64,000 bases of DNA from Oscillospiraceae bacterium. GTDB taxonomy: Bacteria > Bacillota > Clostridia > Oscillospirales > CAG-382. How positions within the stretch are numbered: position 1 is the stretch's first letter; each line of letters opens with the position of its first letter. The stretch lies in NCBI GenBank assembly GCA_015065165.1, contig SVQU01000008.1, positions 3,324-67,323 of the forward strand, given 5' to 3'. Made by a program: the position numbers and the translations under genes. Positions 9,671-20,993 of this stretch are shown one piece after another. The notes under the pieces were generated by a model that had not been told where the DNA came from, made no database searches, and saw nothing but the letters and a program-made list of their open reading frames with translations.

Positions 9671-11761
9671 TCAAGCCTTTGCGGCACGTATTGTGCGTAA
9701 CAAAGGCGATTCATCAATATTAATTTTCCCCAAAGAGGGCAACATTTTCACAAAAACCGTGTTGCCGTCGGGGCGGTAGGATAATTGGATTAATTTTTGC
9801 TCGTTAAGAACCTCAAGAATGATTTTGAATTTACACAAGGTTACGTGTATATCAAATTCTTCATCAAGAGTTCTGACCGCAGATATCAGCGAAAGGGCAG
9901 AACCGCCACCCACTGCTTCTCTGCGTATATATCTGAACACCGAACGGAAATCTGCAAGGTCGGGGATATCCTTTTCGGCATTTTCATATTTTTTGCCATT
10001 GCACAGCATTTCAAAGCAATTGTTGCATTTTGTCATTTCCGAAGCCTCGCTTTCGGCATAGCGAACCGCCTTTACAAACAATTGAGGTGTTCTCATACCC
10101 ATATATTCGTTTAAATCAGCGGTGAATGCAACGTCGCAAATATCCCCCTCTTTAAACCCGAAGCTATCGTAAGCCATACCGAAGGACACAGCGTTCAACG
10201 AGCAATTGCGCCCGTTTTCGACACCGCAAACCCTAAACCTCACGTGTTTACCGAAAGAAAGGGGCACAATATCCTTTAGCTGTATGTTTTTCAGAACGAA
10301 AACAGGTTGAGGGTTAGACAGACCGAAGGGCTCTAACTTGAGCATTTCGTCGATAGCCTTTTCGGTTAAATCGCCAAACTTAACCTCGCATTCGATTTCC
10401 AAGGGACAAGCGGTTTCGCATTCACCCAAAATATTTTCGGAATATTCGTTAATTTTATTACGGAAGCTTTCAATTTGTCCTCTTTCGATAGAAAGACCTG
10501 CGGCAAGCTCGTGTCCGCCGTATTCGATAAGCAAATCTCCGCAAGCCGAAAGGGCATCCATAAGGGAAAAGCCCTTTATGCTTCTGCCCGAGCCCTTGGC
10601 GGTATCGCCATCAAGTGAGAAAAGTATGCAGGGGCGGGAATATCTTTCGGCGATTTTCGAGGCGACAACCCCGATAACACCCTGGTGCCAACCGTCGTAT
10701 GCAAGAACGATAAATTTATCGTTTGCGCCGGATTGGTTTATCATTTCCACAGCCTGCTCGTAAATCTTTTGCTCGGTTGCTTGGCGCAATTTATTAATTT
10801 CGCAAAGCTCCTCGGCAATTATATCCGCCTCGTTGACATCATTGGTCAACAAAAGCTCTACCGCGCGGGAGGCACAAGCAATTCTGCCCGCGGCGTTAAT
10901 TCTGGGTGCGAGGACGTAACCAACGGTGGCAGAGGTAATCTTCTTTGATTTTTTACCCGCCTTGATTATTCCCGCTTTATTCATAAGGGCAAGAAGCCCT
11001 ACGTTTTCGGTTTTTGCAAGCTTTTGCAAGCCTATACAGGTTATTCTGCGGTTTTCATCGATTATAGGCATAACGTCCGCAACCGTACCCACCGCGATAA
11101 TATCCGAATAAAGGTCTAAAATACGCTTTGTATCACCCTCCAAGGCGCACAAAAGCTTAAACACAACCCCAACACCCGCCAAATTACGGAAGGGGTAAAG
11201 GCTATCCTCTCTGTGAGGGTTCACAACCGCGCAAACGTCGGGAAGAGTTTCGCGGCAGGAATGGTGGTCGGTAATAACCATATCTATGCCCACACTTCGA
11301 GCATATTCCGCTTCGGCAACGGCTGTTACCCCCGTATCTACGGTGATAATAAGGTCAACCCTGCCCTTCATCTTTTCGATAACAGGCAGACTTAAGCCAT
11401 AGCCCTCGGAAATACGCTCGGGGATGAAATATTCACACTTCAACCCGCGGGAGCAAAGGTAAAGATAAAGCATAACCGTGCTGGTAACACCGTCTACGTC
11501 ATAGTCGCCGTAGATACAAACGGTTTGCTTTTCGGCAATGGCTTTTTCTATCCTTGCCACGGCTTTATCCATATCCTTAAGCAAAAACGGGTCGTGCAGA
11601 GGCATACCGTCGCGGTTGAAAAAGTTTTCTATATCCGCTTTTTCAATTAATCCCCTGTTTGCCAAAAGCTTTGCGGTTATGGGCATAACCCCGTTTTCCG
11701 CCATAATTTTATCGCATATTTGTTTGTCTGTTTCGCATATCTGCCATACTCGGTTATTCAT
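9671..11761 (-). CDS. recJ: Single-stranded-DNA-specific exonuclease RecJ
   Basis: 696 aa with DHH motifs (GDYDVDGVTS, ITVDTG, VITDHH) and DHHA1 (GGHELAAG). Confidence 0.95.
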   Translation of the reverse strand: MNNRVWQICETDKQICDKIMAENGVMPITAKLLANRGLIEKADIENFFNRDGMPLHDPFLLKDMDKAVARIEKAIAEKQTVCIYGDYDVDGVTSTVMLYLYLCSRGLKCEYFIPERISEGYGLSLPVIEKMKGRVDLIITVDTGVTAVAEAEYARSVGIDMVITDHHSCRETLPDVCAVVNPHREDSLYPFRNLAGVGVVFKLLCALEGDTKRILDLYSDIIAVGTVADVMPIIDENRRITCIGLQKLAKTENVGLLALMNKAGIIKAGKKSKKITSATVGYVLAPRINAAGRIACASRAVELLLTNDVNEADIIAEELCEINKLRQATEQKIYEQAVEMINQSGANDKFIVLAYDGWHQGVIGVVASKIAERYSRPCILFSLDGDTAKGSGRSIKGFSLMDALSACGDLLIEYGGHELAAGLSIERGQIESFRNKINEYSENILGECETACPLEIECEVKFGDLTEKAIDEMLKLEPFGLSNPQPVFVLKNIQLKDIVPLSFGKHVRFRVCGVENGRNCSLNAVSFGMAYDSFGFKEGDICDVAFTADLNEYMGMRTPQLFVKAVRYAESEASEMTKCNNCFEMLCNGKKYENAEKDIPDLADFRSVFRYIRREAVGGGSALSLISAVRTLDEEFDIHVTLCKFKIILEVLNEQKLIQLSYRPDGNTVFVKMLPSLGKINIDESPLLRTIRAAKA

Positions 11762-11786
11762 TACTTCACCTCCTTAAAATTAAAAT

Positions 11787-13175
11787 TTATAAATTCTCGT
11801 TATCCATAACCTCGTTGGGGTCGATGGTATCTATAACCCCGTTAGAGTCTGAGGATTCGTTAGGGTCTACGGGCGGAAGCGAGGGAGCAACCACCGAGAA
11901 TTTTACGTTATAATTCTTGCTTTGAACGTAAATGCCGGGATAATCGCCGCCAAAATCAATTTCTGCTTCGGCTGTATAGCTGCCGTCCTCTTCTACGGTA
12001 ACTCTATCGTAATTTAAAACAGCTGCCATAAGCTTGTGGTCAAAGTTTTCAAAAGCATCGCGAGGACCTATAAGGGTTACCGAAAGGTCGTTTTTAACCT
12101 CGAAGGTATATCCATCGGGAAGGTTCTTAACAAAAATATTTTCTTTACTGATTGTATAGCTTCTAACCGAAAGCTCGGGCATTTTAACCGTAACCGAAAT
12201 TTTCGAAACGCCGCTTTCGTTTGTAACGCCCGATGGTAAAGCCGCGCCGATAGAAAATTCGAACACTTGGGTTCCGTCAACCTCGGTTTCGTCAATTTCC
12301 AAAACCAATTCGTTGATAGCCGCCAATGCTTCGGGAGAGCCCGAAACCGTAACCGTTTGGGCAGAAACGGTGGTTGCGATATCTTTAATATCGTATACAC
12401 CGCCCACAAAGGCAACGCGCACAGGGATAACCTTTTGCTTTTTAACCGAAACCGAAACGTACGCCGTACTGTCCGAAATTGTTATATAAGGGTTATCAAT
12501 AACCTTGCCGTCTTTATCGCGAAGCTCGATTTTGCCGTAACCCGAAATGCTTTCCGAAATTTCATAACCGTCAAGATTAAAGTTAACGTAGGCGCCTGCC
12601 ACCTTATCGAGGACAGATTTCGCCCCCGAAACGGTAACCGACAAGGGGTTCGACACTGCGCTGACAAAGGTAACGCCCTCGGCCATAACATAGTTATCCC
12701 CTGTATCAACCTGAACCGACAGCAAATCGTTTCTTTGGGTGAATTCATCCACGAAAACCACAACGGTAGATGAGGATTGAGAAACAACCTCGATACCGTT
12801 GGGAGAAATAACAGTTATGGGCAAATCCTGATCCCCTGCCTTTGTTGCCTTGGAAACGTCCACAACCGCCTTGAAATCCTCGGAGGTAAGCTCGTTAAGC
12901 TCCGAGCGTTTGCCTTTAGCCACAATTGTGATAGAGGAAAAGCTTTGTTTTTCAGCAAGGGTATAGCCTTTATCCAAGGACAATGCATCCTCACCGCGGA
13001 TTTCAACCTCCACACCCGAAAACGTGCGGTCGAAAAGTGTGCTGTCATATCCTATGGCATAAATCCACAGAAGCATAGCACCCAAAAGAGAACAAACGAA
13101 AGCCGCCGCCTTTGCAGAACGGGACATACCCGCCTGACGTTTGCCGTCTTCGTGATTGTTTTTAGGCGTTATCAT
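11787..13175 (-). CDS. cdaR: YbbR-domain protein (CdaR-type regulator of diadenylate cyclase)
   Basis: 462 aa with an N-terminal TM helix followed by repeated beta-rich YbbR-like modules. It overlaps the cdaA stop by 14 nt. Confidence 0.75.
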   Translation of the reverse strand: MITPKNNHEDGKRQAGMSRSAKAAAFVCSLLGAMLLWIYAIGYDSTLFDRTFSGVEVEIRGEDALSLDKGYTLAEKQSFSSITIVAKGKRSELNELTSEDFKAVVDVSKATKAGDQDLPITVISPNGIEVVSQSSSTVVVFVDEFTQRNDLLSVQVDTGDNYVMAEGVTFVSAVSNPLSVTVSGAKSVLDKVAGAYVNFNLDGYEISESISGYGKIELRDKDGKVIDNPYITISDSTAYVSVSVKKQKVIPVRVAFVGGVYDIKDIATTVSAQTVTVSGSPEALAAINELVLEIDETEVDGTQVFEFSIGAALPSGVTNESGVSKISVTVKMPELSVRSYTISKENIFVKNLPDGYTFEVKNDLSVTLIGPRDAFENFDHKLMAAVLNYDRVTVEEDGSYTAEAEIDFGGDYPGIYVQSKNYNVKFSVVAPSLPPVDPNESSDSNGVIDTIDPNEVMDNENL

Positions 13176-14037
13176 TGTTGTCCTCCTCGTTGTTTTTTCC
13201 TTTGAAAAATCTGGTTCTTTGACGTTTTTCTTCTTGTATCAAATAGGAGCAAAGATATTGTTCAAGCTTTTTGCGGTTGAAATTACGCTTAAGCTCGCCA
13301 TCCTGAGCAACCGAAATAATACCGTTTTCTTCGGAAACCACCAAAACCAAAGCATCGCTGTTTTCACTCATACCAACCGCGGCGCGGTGGCGTGTACCAA
13401 GCTGTTTACCTATTTCGCTGTTTTCGGAAAGGGGGAGAAAACAGCCTGCCGCGTGAACACGGCCCTTACGGATTATAACAGCACCGTCGTGCATAGGCGA
13501 ATTGGGGAAAAATATGTTGCCCACAAGGAAGGAAGATGCCAAGGCATCTATCGTTGTGCCCGTACGTATAACGTCGCCCAAGCGGGTTGTGCGTTCGAAA
13601 ACGATAAGCGCGCCGGTTTTGTTTTTTGATAAATCCTCGGCGGCATTACAAATTTCGCTTATAGATTTACGAAGGTTAGAGTTTACGTCGGTATCGATTT
13701 TACCCTTTAGGTTCTTAAGGTTCAGAGATTCGATACCCACCTTTTCAAGAGCACTGCGAAGCTCGGGCTGGAACACTATAACGATAGCCACAATACCAAC
13801 CGAGAAAATTGTTTTTAATATAAAGTTAAGCGCACGCATATCAAGCAAAATGCTTAATCCCAGCAACGCAAGCAGGAACACTATACCCACAAGCAATTTA
13901 CCTGCGCGGCGTCCCCAAACAAATTTGAACATCCAATAGAATAAGAACGCGACGAGAAGAATATCTATAACGTCTACGATTCTTATTTCCGCAAGCTGAT
14001 TGCCCACATATTCCAAATAATCGAGAATTGCGCTCAT
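13162..14037 (-). CDS. cdaA: Diadenylate cyclase CdaA (DacA)
   Basis: Three N-terminal TM helices plus DisA_N motifs: HDGAVIIRKG and LGTRHRAAVGMSE. Confidence 0.9.
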   Translation of the reverse strand: MSAILDYLEYVGNQLAEIRIVDVIDILLVAFLFYWMFKFVWGRRAGKLLVGIVFLLALLGLSILLDMRALNFILKTIFSVGIVAIVIVFQPELRSALEKVGIESLNLKNLKGKIDTDVNSNLRKSISEICNAAEDLSKNKTGALIVFERTTRLGDVIRTGTTIDALASSFLVGNIFFPNSPMHDGAVIIRKGRVHAAGCFLPLSENSEIGKQLGTRHRAAVGMSENSDALVLVVSEENGIISVAQDGELKRNFNRKKLEQYLCSYLIQEEKRQRTRFFKGKNNEEDNNDNA

Positions 14038-14084
14038 AACTTTATCCCCTATCCTAAAGTTCTTTTAATTTACTGAAAGCACTT

Positions 14085-14687
14085 TTATGCTTTAAAAAAA
14101 TCCAAATTTTCGGCAAGCTTTTCGATAGCTCTGCCGCGGTGGCTTATGCTGTTTTTTTCTTCGGAGGTTAATTGGGCAAAGGTTTTGCCAAAATCGGGAC
14201 AGAAGAACACGGGGTCGTAACCGAAACCGCCCTCTCCCTTTAATTCCTTTAAAATCTCCCCTGCACTTTCGCCCCTTACAAACAGCTTTTCACCATCGGG
14301 ACGGACAGCACATATACAGCAAACGAATTTTGCCGTGCGGGGAACCTCACCTAATTTGTCAAGCTCATTTAACAGCTTTTCGATATTATCCGAATCACTG
14401 CTGTTTTCACCTGCGTAACGAGCCGAATAAACACCCGGCGCGCCGTTTAAGGCATCTACAACCAAGCCGCTGTCATCGGCAACGGCAATTTCGCCTGTAT
14501 AATCGCAAATAGCCTTTGCCTTTATATATGCGTTACCCTCGAAGCTGTCGGCATCCTCGATAATATCACCGCAAAAGCCGATTTCCTTAAGTGTAACTAT
14601 TTCTATATCGATGCCCTTTTGGTTGAAACAGCCTTTAAATTCCGAAACTTTATGGGCATTGTTGGTTGCCAAAACAATTTTAATCAT
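14085..14687 (-). CDS. rdgB: Non-canonical purine NTP pyrophosphatase (RdgB/HAM1)
   Basis: 200 aa with [22 protein letters not shown] and SHRGRA. Confidence 0.9.
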   Translation of the reverse strand: MIKIVLATNNAHKVSEFKGCFNQKGIDIEIVTLKEIGFCGDIIEDADSFEGNAYIKAKAICDYTGEIAVADDSGLVVDALNGAPGVYSARYAGENSSDSDNIEKLLNELDKLGEVPRTAKFVCCICAVRPDGEKLFVRGESAGEILKELKGEGGFGYDPVFFCPDFGKTFAQLTSEEKNSISHRGRAIEKLAENLDFFKA

Positions 14688-15597
14688 TGGAATCCTCGAA
14701 AAACGCGCTTATAAATTCGGAAGGCTCGAAGGGACGAAGGTCATCAATACCCTCACCCACGCCGATGAATTTAACGGGTATGCCCAATTCGCGCTTGATT
14801 GCAAGAATGATACCGCCCTTTGCGGTGCCGTCAAGCTTGGTAAGAACAAGGCCGGTAATATTCGCCGCCTTGCCGAATTCCTTTGCCTGAATCAACGCGT
14901 TTTGACCTGTGGATGCATCCAACACAAGCAAGGTTTCGCGGGTGGCGTTGGGCGCTTCTCTGTCGATAACGCGGTTTATCTTTGCAAGCTCATCTATAAG
15001 ATTCTTTTTGTTATGCAGTCTGCCCGCCGTGTCAACGATAAGGGTATCGCAATTAGACTTCTTTGCCGCCGCAACCGCATCGAAAACAACTGCGGCAGGG
15101 TCTGCGCCCTCGTTTTGGCGGATTATGGGCACGTTATTTCTTTCTGCCCAAATACAAAGCTGTTCTGCCGCCGCGGCACGGAAGGTGTCCGCCGCCGCAA
15201 GCATAACCTTTTTGTTTTGCTCGGTGAGATAATGGGTTATTTTGCCGATAGAGGTGGTTTTGCCCACGCCGTTAACGCCGATAACGAGAATTACCGAAAG
15301 GTCATCGCCAAGGTTAAGGCTTCCGCCCTCTCCCACAGCCTCTACAAGAATGGCTTTAAATTCTTCTCTTGCCTCGCTCGTTTCTTTAATTTTCTTTTCC
15401 TTTAAACGCTGGCGCAATTGGTCAACCAGATAATCCGAGGTTTCAACGCCCACGTCTGCCATAATAAGCAAATCGCAAAGCTCTTCGTAAAAATCCTCAT
15501 CCACCTTATCGTAGGATGCGAACAAATCGTTTACCGGTTTTAAAAGCGCATCCTTTGTCTTTTTTAAACCCTGCTTAAGTTTATCAAAAAATCCCAT
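14680..15597 (-). CDS. ftsY: Signal recognition particle receptor FtsY
   Basis: 305 aa with SRP GTPase motifs [18 protein letters not shown] and [10 protein letters not shown]. Confidence 0.95.
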   Translation of the reverse strand: MGFFDKLKQGLKKTKDALLKPVNDLFASYDKVDEDFYEELCDLLIMADVGVETSDYLVDQLRQRLKEKKIKETSEAREEFKAILVEAVGEGGSLNLGDDLSVILVIGVNGVGKTTSIGKITHYLTEQNKKVMLAAADTFRAAAAEQLCIWAERNNVPIIRQNEGADPAAVVFDAVAAAKKSNCDTLIVDTAGRLHNKKNLIDELAKINRVIDREAPNATRETLLVLDASTGQNALIQAKEFGKAANITGLVLTKLDGTAKGGIILAIKRELGIPVKFIGVGEGIDDLRPFEPSEFISAFFEDSND

Positions 15598-15621
15598 TTA
15601 TATATACTCCGTTTTGCGGAA

Positions 15622-18600
15622 CTATTCCGCATATTCTTTGATGATATCATCAAGCTTAGCCATATTAAGCTTCATATATTCCGAAATACCTCTCTGGCGC
15701 ATGGTGATACCATAGATAGTGTCGGCTCTTTCCATCGTACCGCGGCGGTGGGTGATAAGGATATACTGTGTCTTATCACTGTTACGGCGCACGTAGGATG
15801 CAAGCTTAACTATGTTAACGTCGTCCAATGCCGATTCGATTTCGTCGAACACACAGAAGGGTGAAGGATTTACCTTTTGCAACGCCAAATAAAGGGAAAT
15901 TGCCGCAAAGGATTGTTCACCGCCCGAAAGAAGCGAAATACTGCGAACGCTCTTTCCCGGAACCTTAAGAACGATATCAATACCGCATTCCAAGGGAAGT
16001 AACGGGTCGGTAAGCTCACATCTTGCGCTGCCGCCGCCGAAAAGCTCGGTAAATACCGCGTTAAACTCGGTATTAATCTTTTCGAAGCATTCAAGGAAGG
16101 TTTCCTTCATACCCGATGCAAGCTTTGCGATGGTTCTGTCAAGACTTGCGCGGGTTTTGTTAAGGTCGTCGGTTTGGGCGGTAAGGAAATCAAAGCGTTC
16201 CTTGGTAACTCTGTAATCCTCAACCGCGTTTACGTTGATAACGCCCATAGCGCGGATTTTGGATTTAAGCGAAGCCAAGCGAGAGGGCGCTTTATCCATT
16301 TTTTCCTTGGGCAGACGGAAGCTTTCCGCATCCGAATAGGTAAGCTCGTATTCATCCCAAAGCTTGCCCGTTACGCTGTCAAATTCGTTATTTACGCTTG
16401 TGGATTTCATTTCTGCCTCGGTTACACGGCGGAAGGCATCTTCCTTTTCGCCTGCAACCGTTTTTTGTTTATTACGCATTTCCACAAGTTCTTTTTCTTT
16501 TGCGTCTCTGCCTGCCATAAGCTCGGCAAGCTTTTTATCACAATTCGCGATAATTTTATCACATTCAGCGCAAACAAGGTTAAGCTTTTCGGTTTCTGCC
16601 ATACGCTCGTCGATAATTGCCTTTGCCTTTTCAAGGGAGGTATTACCGAGAGTTATACGGGCATCAAGCTCGATTTCTCTGCGCTTTGCCAATTCAAGAC
16701 GTTCGCCTGCAACAGCAAGCTCGTTTTTAGCGGTGAACAGCGCCATTCTCGCATCGTTAACCAAAGCGAATGCCTTTTCTTCCTCGGATTTAAGGCTGTC
16801 TGCCTTAAGGCGAAGCTCATCGCGGGAGGTTGTAGCCTTAAGAATCGCATCGGCAAGATTTTCGGATTCGGACTTAATCGTTGCCAATTCGCTTTCCAAT
16901 TTAGAAAGAAGCTCTCTGCCCGAGGAAAGAGAATCGATTCTTTCCTGTTCCTCGTTTATACGAACCGTTAAGGATTCCTTGGTGGCGGTATGTCCCGCCT
17001 TTTCGTTATTGCAACGGGAAAGGGTTATACGTAAATTTTCAAGTTTCTCATCGGCTTCGCTGCAATCGGAATTAAGCTTTTCACAGCGTTCTTCCAGAGA
17101 TGCGATTTTCTTTTCACGCTCTTTAATCTGTTCGCCCAGACGCTCGATATCCATAGCGCGGGTGAACACGCCAACCTTAACAGCGGAAGAACCGCCGGTA
17201 TAGCTACCGCCCGCATTGATAATCTGACCGTCAAGTGTAACGATTTTTATACGGAAACCGCTTTTTCTTGCGATTGCCGAGGCAGAATCGATATTATCGG
17301 CGATAACCGTTCTGCCCAAAAGGTCATCTACAACCCCTTGGAACTTCTTATCGAACTTGGCAAGCTCGCTTGCTATACCGATATAACCATCCATATCCTT
17401 AATCGCCGAAACGTCGGCAAGTCTGCCCGTAACGCTTTCGATGGGAAGGAAGGTTGCTCTACCCAGTTTATTTTCTTTAAGATAACGTATGCACGCCTTT
17501 GCATCCGATTCCTTTTCCACAACGATAAACTGAACCGATGCGGCAAGGGCGGTCTCCAAAGCGATAACATATTCGCTTTCGGAAGAAATTATATTAGATA
17601 CGGTGCCGTGAAGCTGAATATCCGCACCGTTATTTTTGATTTTACCCGAGGTGCAATCGTTTATAACACGCTTTACGCTTTCGGAATAGCCCTCCAAAAG
17701 ATTTTCAAGGCGGGTTAACTGCTCGCGCTTTTGCTCCTCGCCGGACATAGCGATTTTTTCTTCGGTGATTTCCTCGTTGGTTTTACGAAGGGCTTGCAAA
17801 AGGCTTGCTCTTTCGTAATCCAAGGAAACAATATTATTTTCGGTGTCGTTTATAAGCTTTGCAACCTCAAGAAGCTTTGCTTCTACCTCTGCCATTTCGG
17901 TTTGCAAAAGGCTCATACGGTCCTTAGCATCGTTAAGTCTGCCCGAGTTTTCATCGGCGGTACGTTTTTCCGCATCCAACGATGCGTTACAAGCCGCCGC
18001 CCTTGCGTTAAGGGCGCTTTGCTCTGCCAAAAGCAATTCCAAAGCCGCCTGATTGCCCAAGCTTTGCTTGTCGGTTTCGTTATATGCGTTTCTTGCGCTT
18101 TCATATGCCTTTTCGGCTTCGCTTGTATTAGTTTCTGCAAGAGCAAGCTTTTCCTGAAATTCTGCCTTTGCCTTTTCGCAATTTTTGGTTTGCTCGATAG
18201 CAATTTCCTTTTCGGAAACGGATGCGGAAATAGAGCCCTTAGATTCCGCCACAGATTCCTCGGCGTGGGCAATATCGTTGGCGCAAACCGCCTTTCTGCC
18301 CTCTGCCTCGCCTTTTTTGGTAACCGCATCGGTTTTTTCGTGCTCACATTCGCTCATCACGCGGGAAAATTCATAGCTTTCGTTAAGAATTCTGTCGGTG
18401 GCGGCATCACATTCCGAAACAGCCTTTTCCGCCGCCGCAAACGCGGTTTTTGCCGAATTAAACTCTTCCTCACATTCAACACGGCGGGCGCGGAGATAAT
18501 CCAATCTGTCAAGCCAAAGGGTGATTTCTATACCCTTCTTCTCCTCGCTTAATACAAGATATTGCTTTGCGTTTTCAGCCTCTTTTTCCAAGGGACCGAT

Positions 18601-19272
18601 GCGGGAAGAAATTTCAGAAAGAATATCGTTAACGCGAACCAAATTGTTCTCGGTATCTCTAAGCTTACGCTCTGCCTCTAACTTTTTATAACGGATTTTG
18701 GAGATACCCGCCGCCTCCTCGAAAATACTGCGGCGTTCATCGTCCTTTTGAGAAAGAACCTCGGCGATTTTACCCTGACCGATAACCGAATAGCCCTCTC
18801 TGCCGATACCCGTATCGTAAAACAGCTCGTAAATATCCTTAAGACGAACCTGTTTTTTGTTTATGTAATATTCACTTTCACCGCTGCGGTAGAGCTTACG
18901 GGTAACAGTAACCTCCACGTTATCGGAAAGACGGTAACCTGCATTTTGGTTATTATCCTCGCTGTTTTCCTCTACTTCTATAGTGATAGCGTTGGCGCGG
19001 TTATATTCCTCCTCGGTGTCGATTATAAGCGAAACCGATGCGGAATTTGCGGCACTTCGGCTGGCTGTACCGTTAAAGATAACGTCCTCCATCTTACTGC
19101 CGCGCAGAGATTTTGCGCTCATTTCGCCCAAAACCCAACGGATAGCATCCGAAATGTTGGATTTACCGCTGCCGTTAGGGCCGATAATGGCGGTAACGCC
19201 GCTGTCAAAGCTTATTCTTGTTTTATCGGGGAAGGATTTAAACCCCTGCATTTCTATGGCTTTAAGGCGCAT
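15622..19272 (-). CDS. smc: Chromosome segregation protein SMC
   Basis: 1216 aa with Walker A GPNGSGKSN, long coiled coils, a hinge, the C-terminal LSGGEQS signature and Walker B FCVFDEIESALD. Confidence 0.97.
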   Translation of the reverse strand: MRLKAIEMQGFKSFPDKTRISFDSGVTAIIGPNGSGKSNISDAIRWVLGEMSAKSLRGSKMEDVIFNGTASRSAANSASVSLIIDTEEEYNRANAITIEVEENSEDNNQNAGYRLSDNVEVTVTRKLYRSGESEYYINKKQVRLKDIYELFYDTGIGREGYSVIGQGKIAEVLSQKDDERRSIFEEAAGISKIRYKKLEAERKLRDTENNLVRVNDILSEISSRIGPLEKEAENAKQYLVLSEEKKGIEITLWLDRLDYLRARRVECEEEFNSAKTAFAAAEKAVSECDAATDRILNESYEFSRVMSECEHEKTDAVTKKGEAEGRKAVCANDIAHAEESVAESKGSISASVSEKEIAIEQTKNCEKAKAEFQEKLALAETNTSEAEKAYESARNAYNETDKQSLGNQAALELLLAEQSALNARAAACNASLDAEKRTADENSGRLNDAKDRMSLLQTEMAEVEAKLLEVAKLINDTENNIVSLDYERASLLQALRKTNEEITEEKIAMSGEEQKREQLTRLENLLEGYSESVKRVINDCTSGKIKNNGADIQLHGTVSNIISSESEYVIALETALAASVQFIVVEKESDAKACIRYLKENKLGRATFLPIESVTGRLADVSAIKDMDGYIGIASELAKFDKKFQGVVDDLLGRTVIADNIDSASAIARKSGFRIKIVTLDGQIINAGGSYTGGSSAVKVGVFTRAMDIERLGEQIKEREKKIASLEERCEKLNSDCSEADEKLENLRITLSRCNNEKAGHTATKESLTVRINEEQERIDSLSSGRELLSKLESELATIKSESENLADAILKATTSRDELRLKADSLKSEEEKAFALVNDARMALFTAKNELAVAGERLELAKRREIELDARITLGNTSLEKAKAIIDERMAETEKLNLVCAECDKIIANCDKKLAELMAGRDAKEKELVEMRNKQKTVAGEKEDAFRRVTEAEMKSTSVNNEFDSVTGKLWDEYELTYSDAESFRLPKEKMDKAPSRLASLKSKIRAMGVINVNAVEDYRVTKERFDFLTAQTDDLNKTRASLDRTIAKLASGMKETFLECFEKINTEFNAVFTELFGGGSARCELTDPLLPLECGIDIVLKVPGKSVRSISLLSGGEQSFAAISLYLALQKVNPSPFCVFDEIESALDDVNIVKLASYVRRNSDKTQYILITHRRGTMERADTIYGITMRQRGISEYMKLNMAKLDDIIKEYAE

Positions 19273-19275
19273 ATT

Positions 19276-20283
19276 TTAAAAACTCCTTACTTCGATTAAC
19301 GGCTGAAATTCGGGCAACACACAGGGGATAATTTCGATATCCGTTGCCCTCGTTAAAGCCTTTAATCGGTTTATAGCCGCGGAATTGTATCCGCGTAATT
19401 TTGATATATCTTCTTTTCTGATTTTCACTGTTAAAATCTTATCCCGACAATTACCTGCCATTTCGGCGATAATATCGGTATAAACATAACTTTTTACAAG
19501 CTCACCCATAGAGGGATGGTTTGCGCCCATAGGCGCCTTTGCTAAATTTTCGGATGCGTGAAGCCCTATGCGAAGCACCTTCACCCCTGCATCCAAAAAT
19601 ATTTTATAGCATTTGGCGGTACGGTTAACCGCGTCCTCCAAATCCAAGGGGGTATATTCCCCTTTTTGTGCCATATCGTAAAGCTTTGTGCCCTCAAACA
19701 CCACCGTGGGATAAATACGCGCCTCTTTTGCGCCCATCGCCACAATATCCTTAGCGGTTTGAATTTCGCTTTCAAGGGTGGATTTTGGCAACCCTATCAT
19801 CATCTGTCCGCCGAAAACAAAGCCTTTTTCAACAACTAATTTCGCCGCGGTAAATGATTGGTCCGCCGTATGTCCTCTTTCGCAAGCCTCAAGCACTAAA
19901 TTATCCGTGCTTTGTATACCAAGCTCGATATTTTTTACGTTATATTTTGCCAACAGATTGAGAATTTCATCGTTGATACAATCGGGACGGGTGGAAATTC
20001 GTATATCCGTAGCAGTGCCCTTTTTGATATATTCATTAGCGGTTTCCAGCAAAGACACCATACGGTCCTTTTCTATCGCCGTAAAGCTTCCGCCGAAAAA
20101 GCCGATTTGGCTTTCCTTAAAATCCCCTGTCGCAGAATCAAGCATATCTCTCAATTCCGAAATTTCGGTTTTTGAATCCTTTTCTGCGCAGTGCCCCGTT
20201 ATTTTCACCTGCGAGCAAAAAACACAACAATGGGGGCAACCCGCGTGGGGCACGAAGAAGGGCAAATTACGGTGCTGTTTCAT
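19276..20283 (-). CDS. Radical SAM protein (ELP3/HemN-like family, unassigned function)
   Basis: Cluster motif HAGCPHCCVFCSQ near the N-terminus. The ATG at 20283 is preferred to the track's TTG at 20295. It overlaps the rnc stop. Confidence 0.75.
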   Translation of the reverse strand: MKQHRNLPFFVPHAGCPHCCVFCSQVKITGHCAEKDSKTEISELRDMLDSATGDFKESQIGFFGGSFTAIEKDRMVSLLETANEYIKKGTATDIRISTRPDCINDEILNLLAKYNVKNIELGIQSTDNLVLEACERGHTADQSFTAAKLVVEKGFVFGGQMMIGLPKSTLESEIQTAKDIVAMGAKEARIYPTVVFEGTKLYDMAQKGEYTPLDLEDAVNRTAKCYKIFLDAGVKVLRIGLHASENLAKAPMGANHPSMGELVKSYVYTDIIAEMAGNCRDKILTVKIRKEDISKLRGYNSAAINRLKALTRATDIEIIPCVLPEFQPLIEVRSF

Positions 20284-20992
20284 CCAATTCACCAAGCAAT
20301 ATCAGCGCTTCTCTCGCCGCCGCCTGTTCTGCCTCGCGCTTACTTCTTCCCTTGCCCTTGCCAAGCAGGTTAGAATTCAAATAAACCTCATATTCAAAGG
20401 TTCTGTCGTGGGGAGGACCTTCCTCGCCAACCCAGTTATAGGTAAGTACCTCCTCGGGAGTTTGCTGAACGATTCTCTGCAAGCGGGATTTATAATCCTC
20501 ACTGCCTGTTTTTATAACCGTTTCAAGCATTTCGGTTATAAAGGGCAAAACGAACTTTTTTGCTTCCTCCATACCGCCGTCTAAATATATAGCGGCAATA
20601 ACCGCCTCGAAAGCGTCCGAAAGGGTGCTTTTTCTGTGGCGTCCGCCTGTGGAAACAGCCTCGCCCTTTCCAAACAGCATATAATCTCCAAGGTCCAATT
20701 CGTTAGCAAACGCCGCTAATGCATCTTCGCATACCACAGCCGCGCGGTTACGGGTTAAAATGCCCTCGTCAACGTTGGGAAAATGGTGAAAAAGATATTC
20801 CGCCGTTATAAGCGACAAAACCGAATCGCCCAAAAATTCGCTTCTTTCGTTGCTTTCGTTAAAACCCCTTTTGCGGTTTTCGTTACAAAAGGAGGAATGT
20901 GTCAGCGCAAGCTGAAGATAGGTTTTGTTTTTAAAGGTGTATTTTATTTTATTTTCTAATTCCGAAAAGTTTTTTTCTTCGTACATTTCCAA
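20267..20992 (-). CDS. rnc: Ribonuclease III
   Basis: 241 aa with the RNase III signature ERSEFLGDSVL and a C-terminal dsRBD (GKGKGRSKREAEQAAA). Confidence 0.95.
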   Translation of the reverse strand: MEMYEEKNFSELENKIKYTFKNKTYLQLALTHSSFCNENRKRGFNESNERSEFLGDSVLSLITAEYLFHHFPNVDEGILTRNRAAVVCEDALAAFANELDLGDYMLFGKGEAVSTGGRHRKSTLSDAFEAVIAAIYLDGGMEEAKKFVLPFITEMLETVIKTGSEDYKSRLQRIVQQTPEEVLTYNWVGEEGPPHDRTFEYEVYLNSNLLGKGKGRSKREAEQAAAREALILLGELDETAP

Positions 20993-20993
20993 A

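Noticed and set aside
16174-17203. Two overlapping plus-strand ORFs of 265-279 aa (and others) inside smc
   Set aside because: They lie antisense to the coiled-coil region of SMC. Ser/Leu/Phe-rich repetitive translations are typical of the reverse frame of Glu/Lys/Ala-rich coiled coils.
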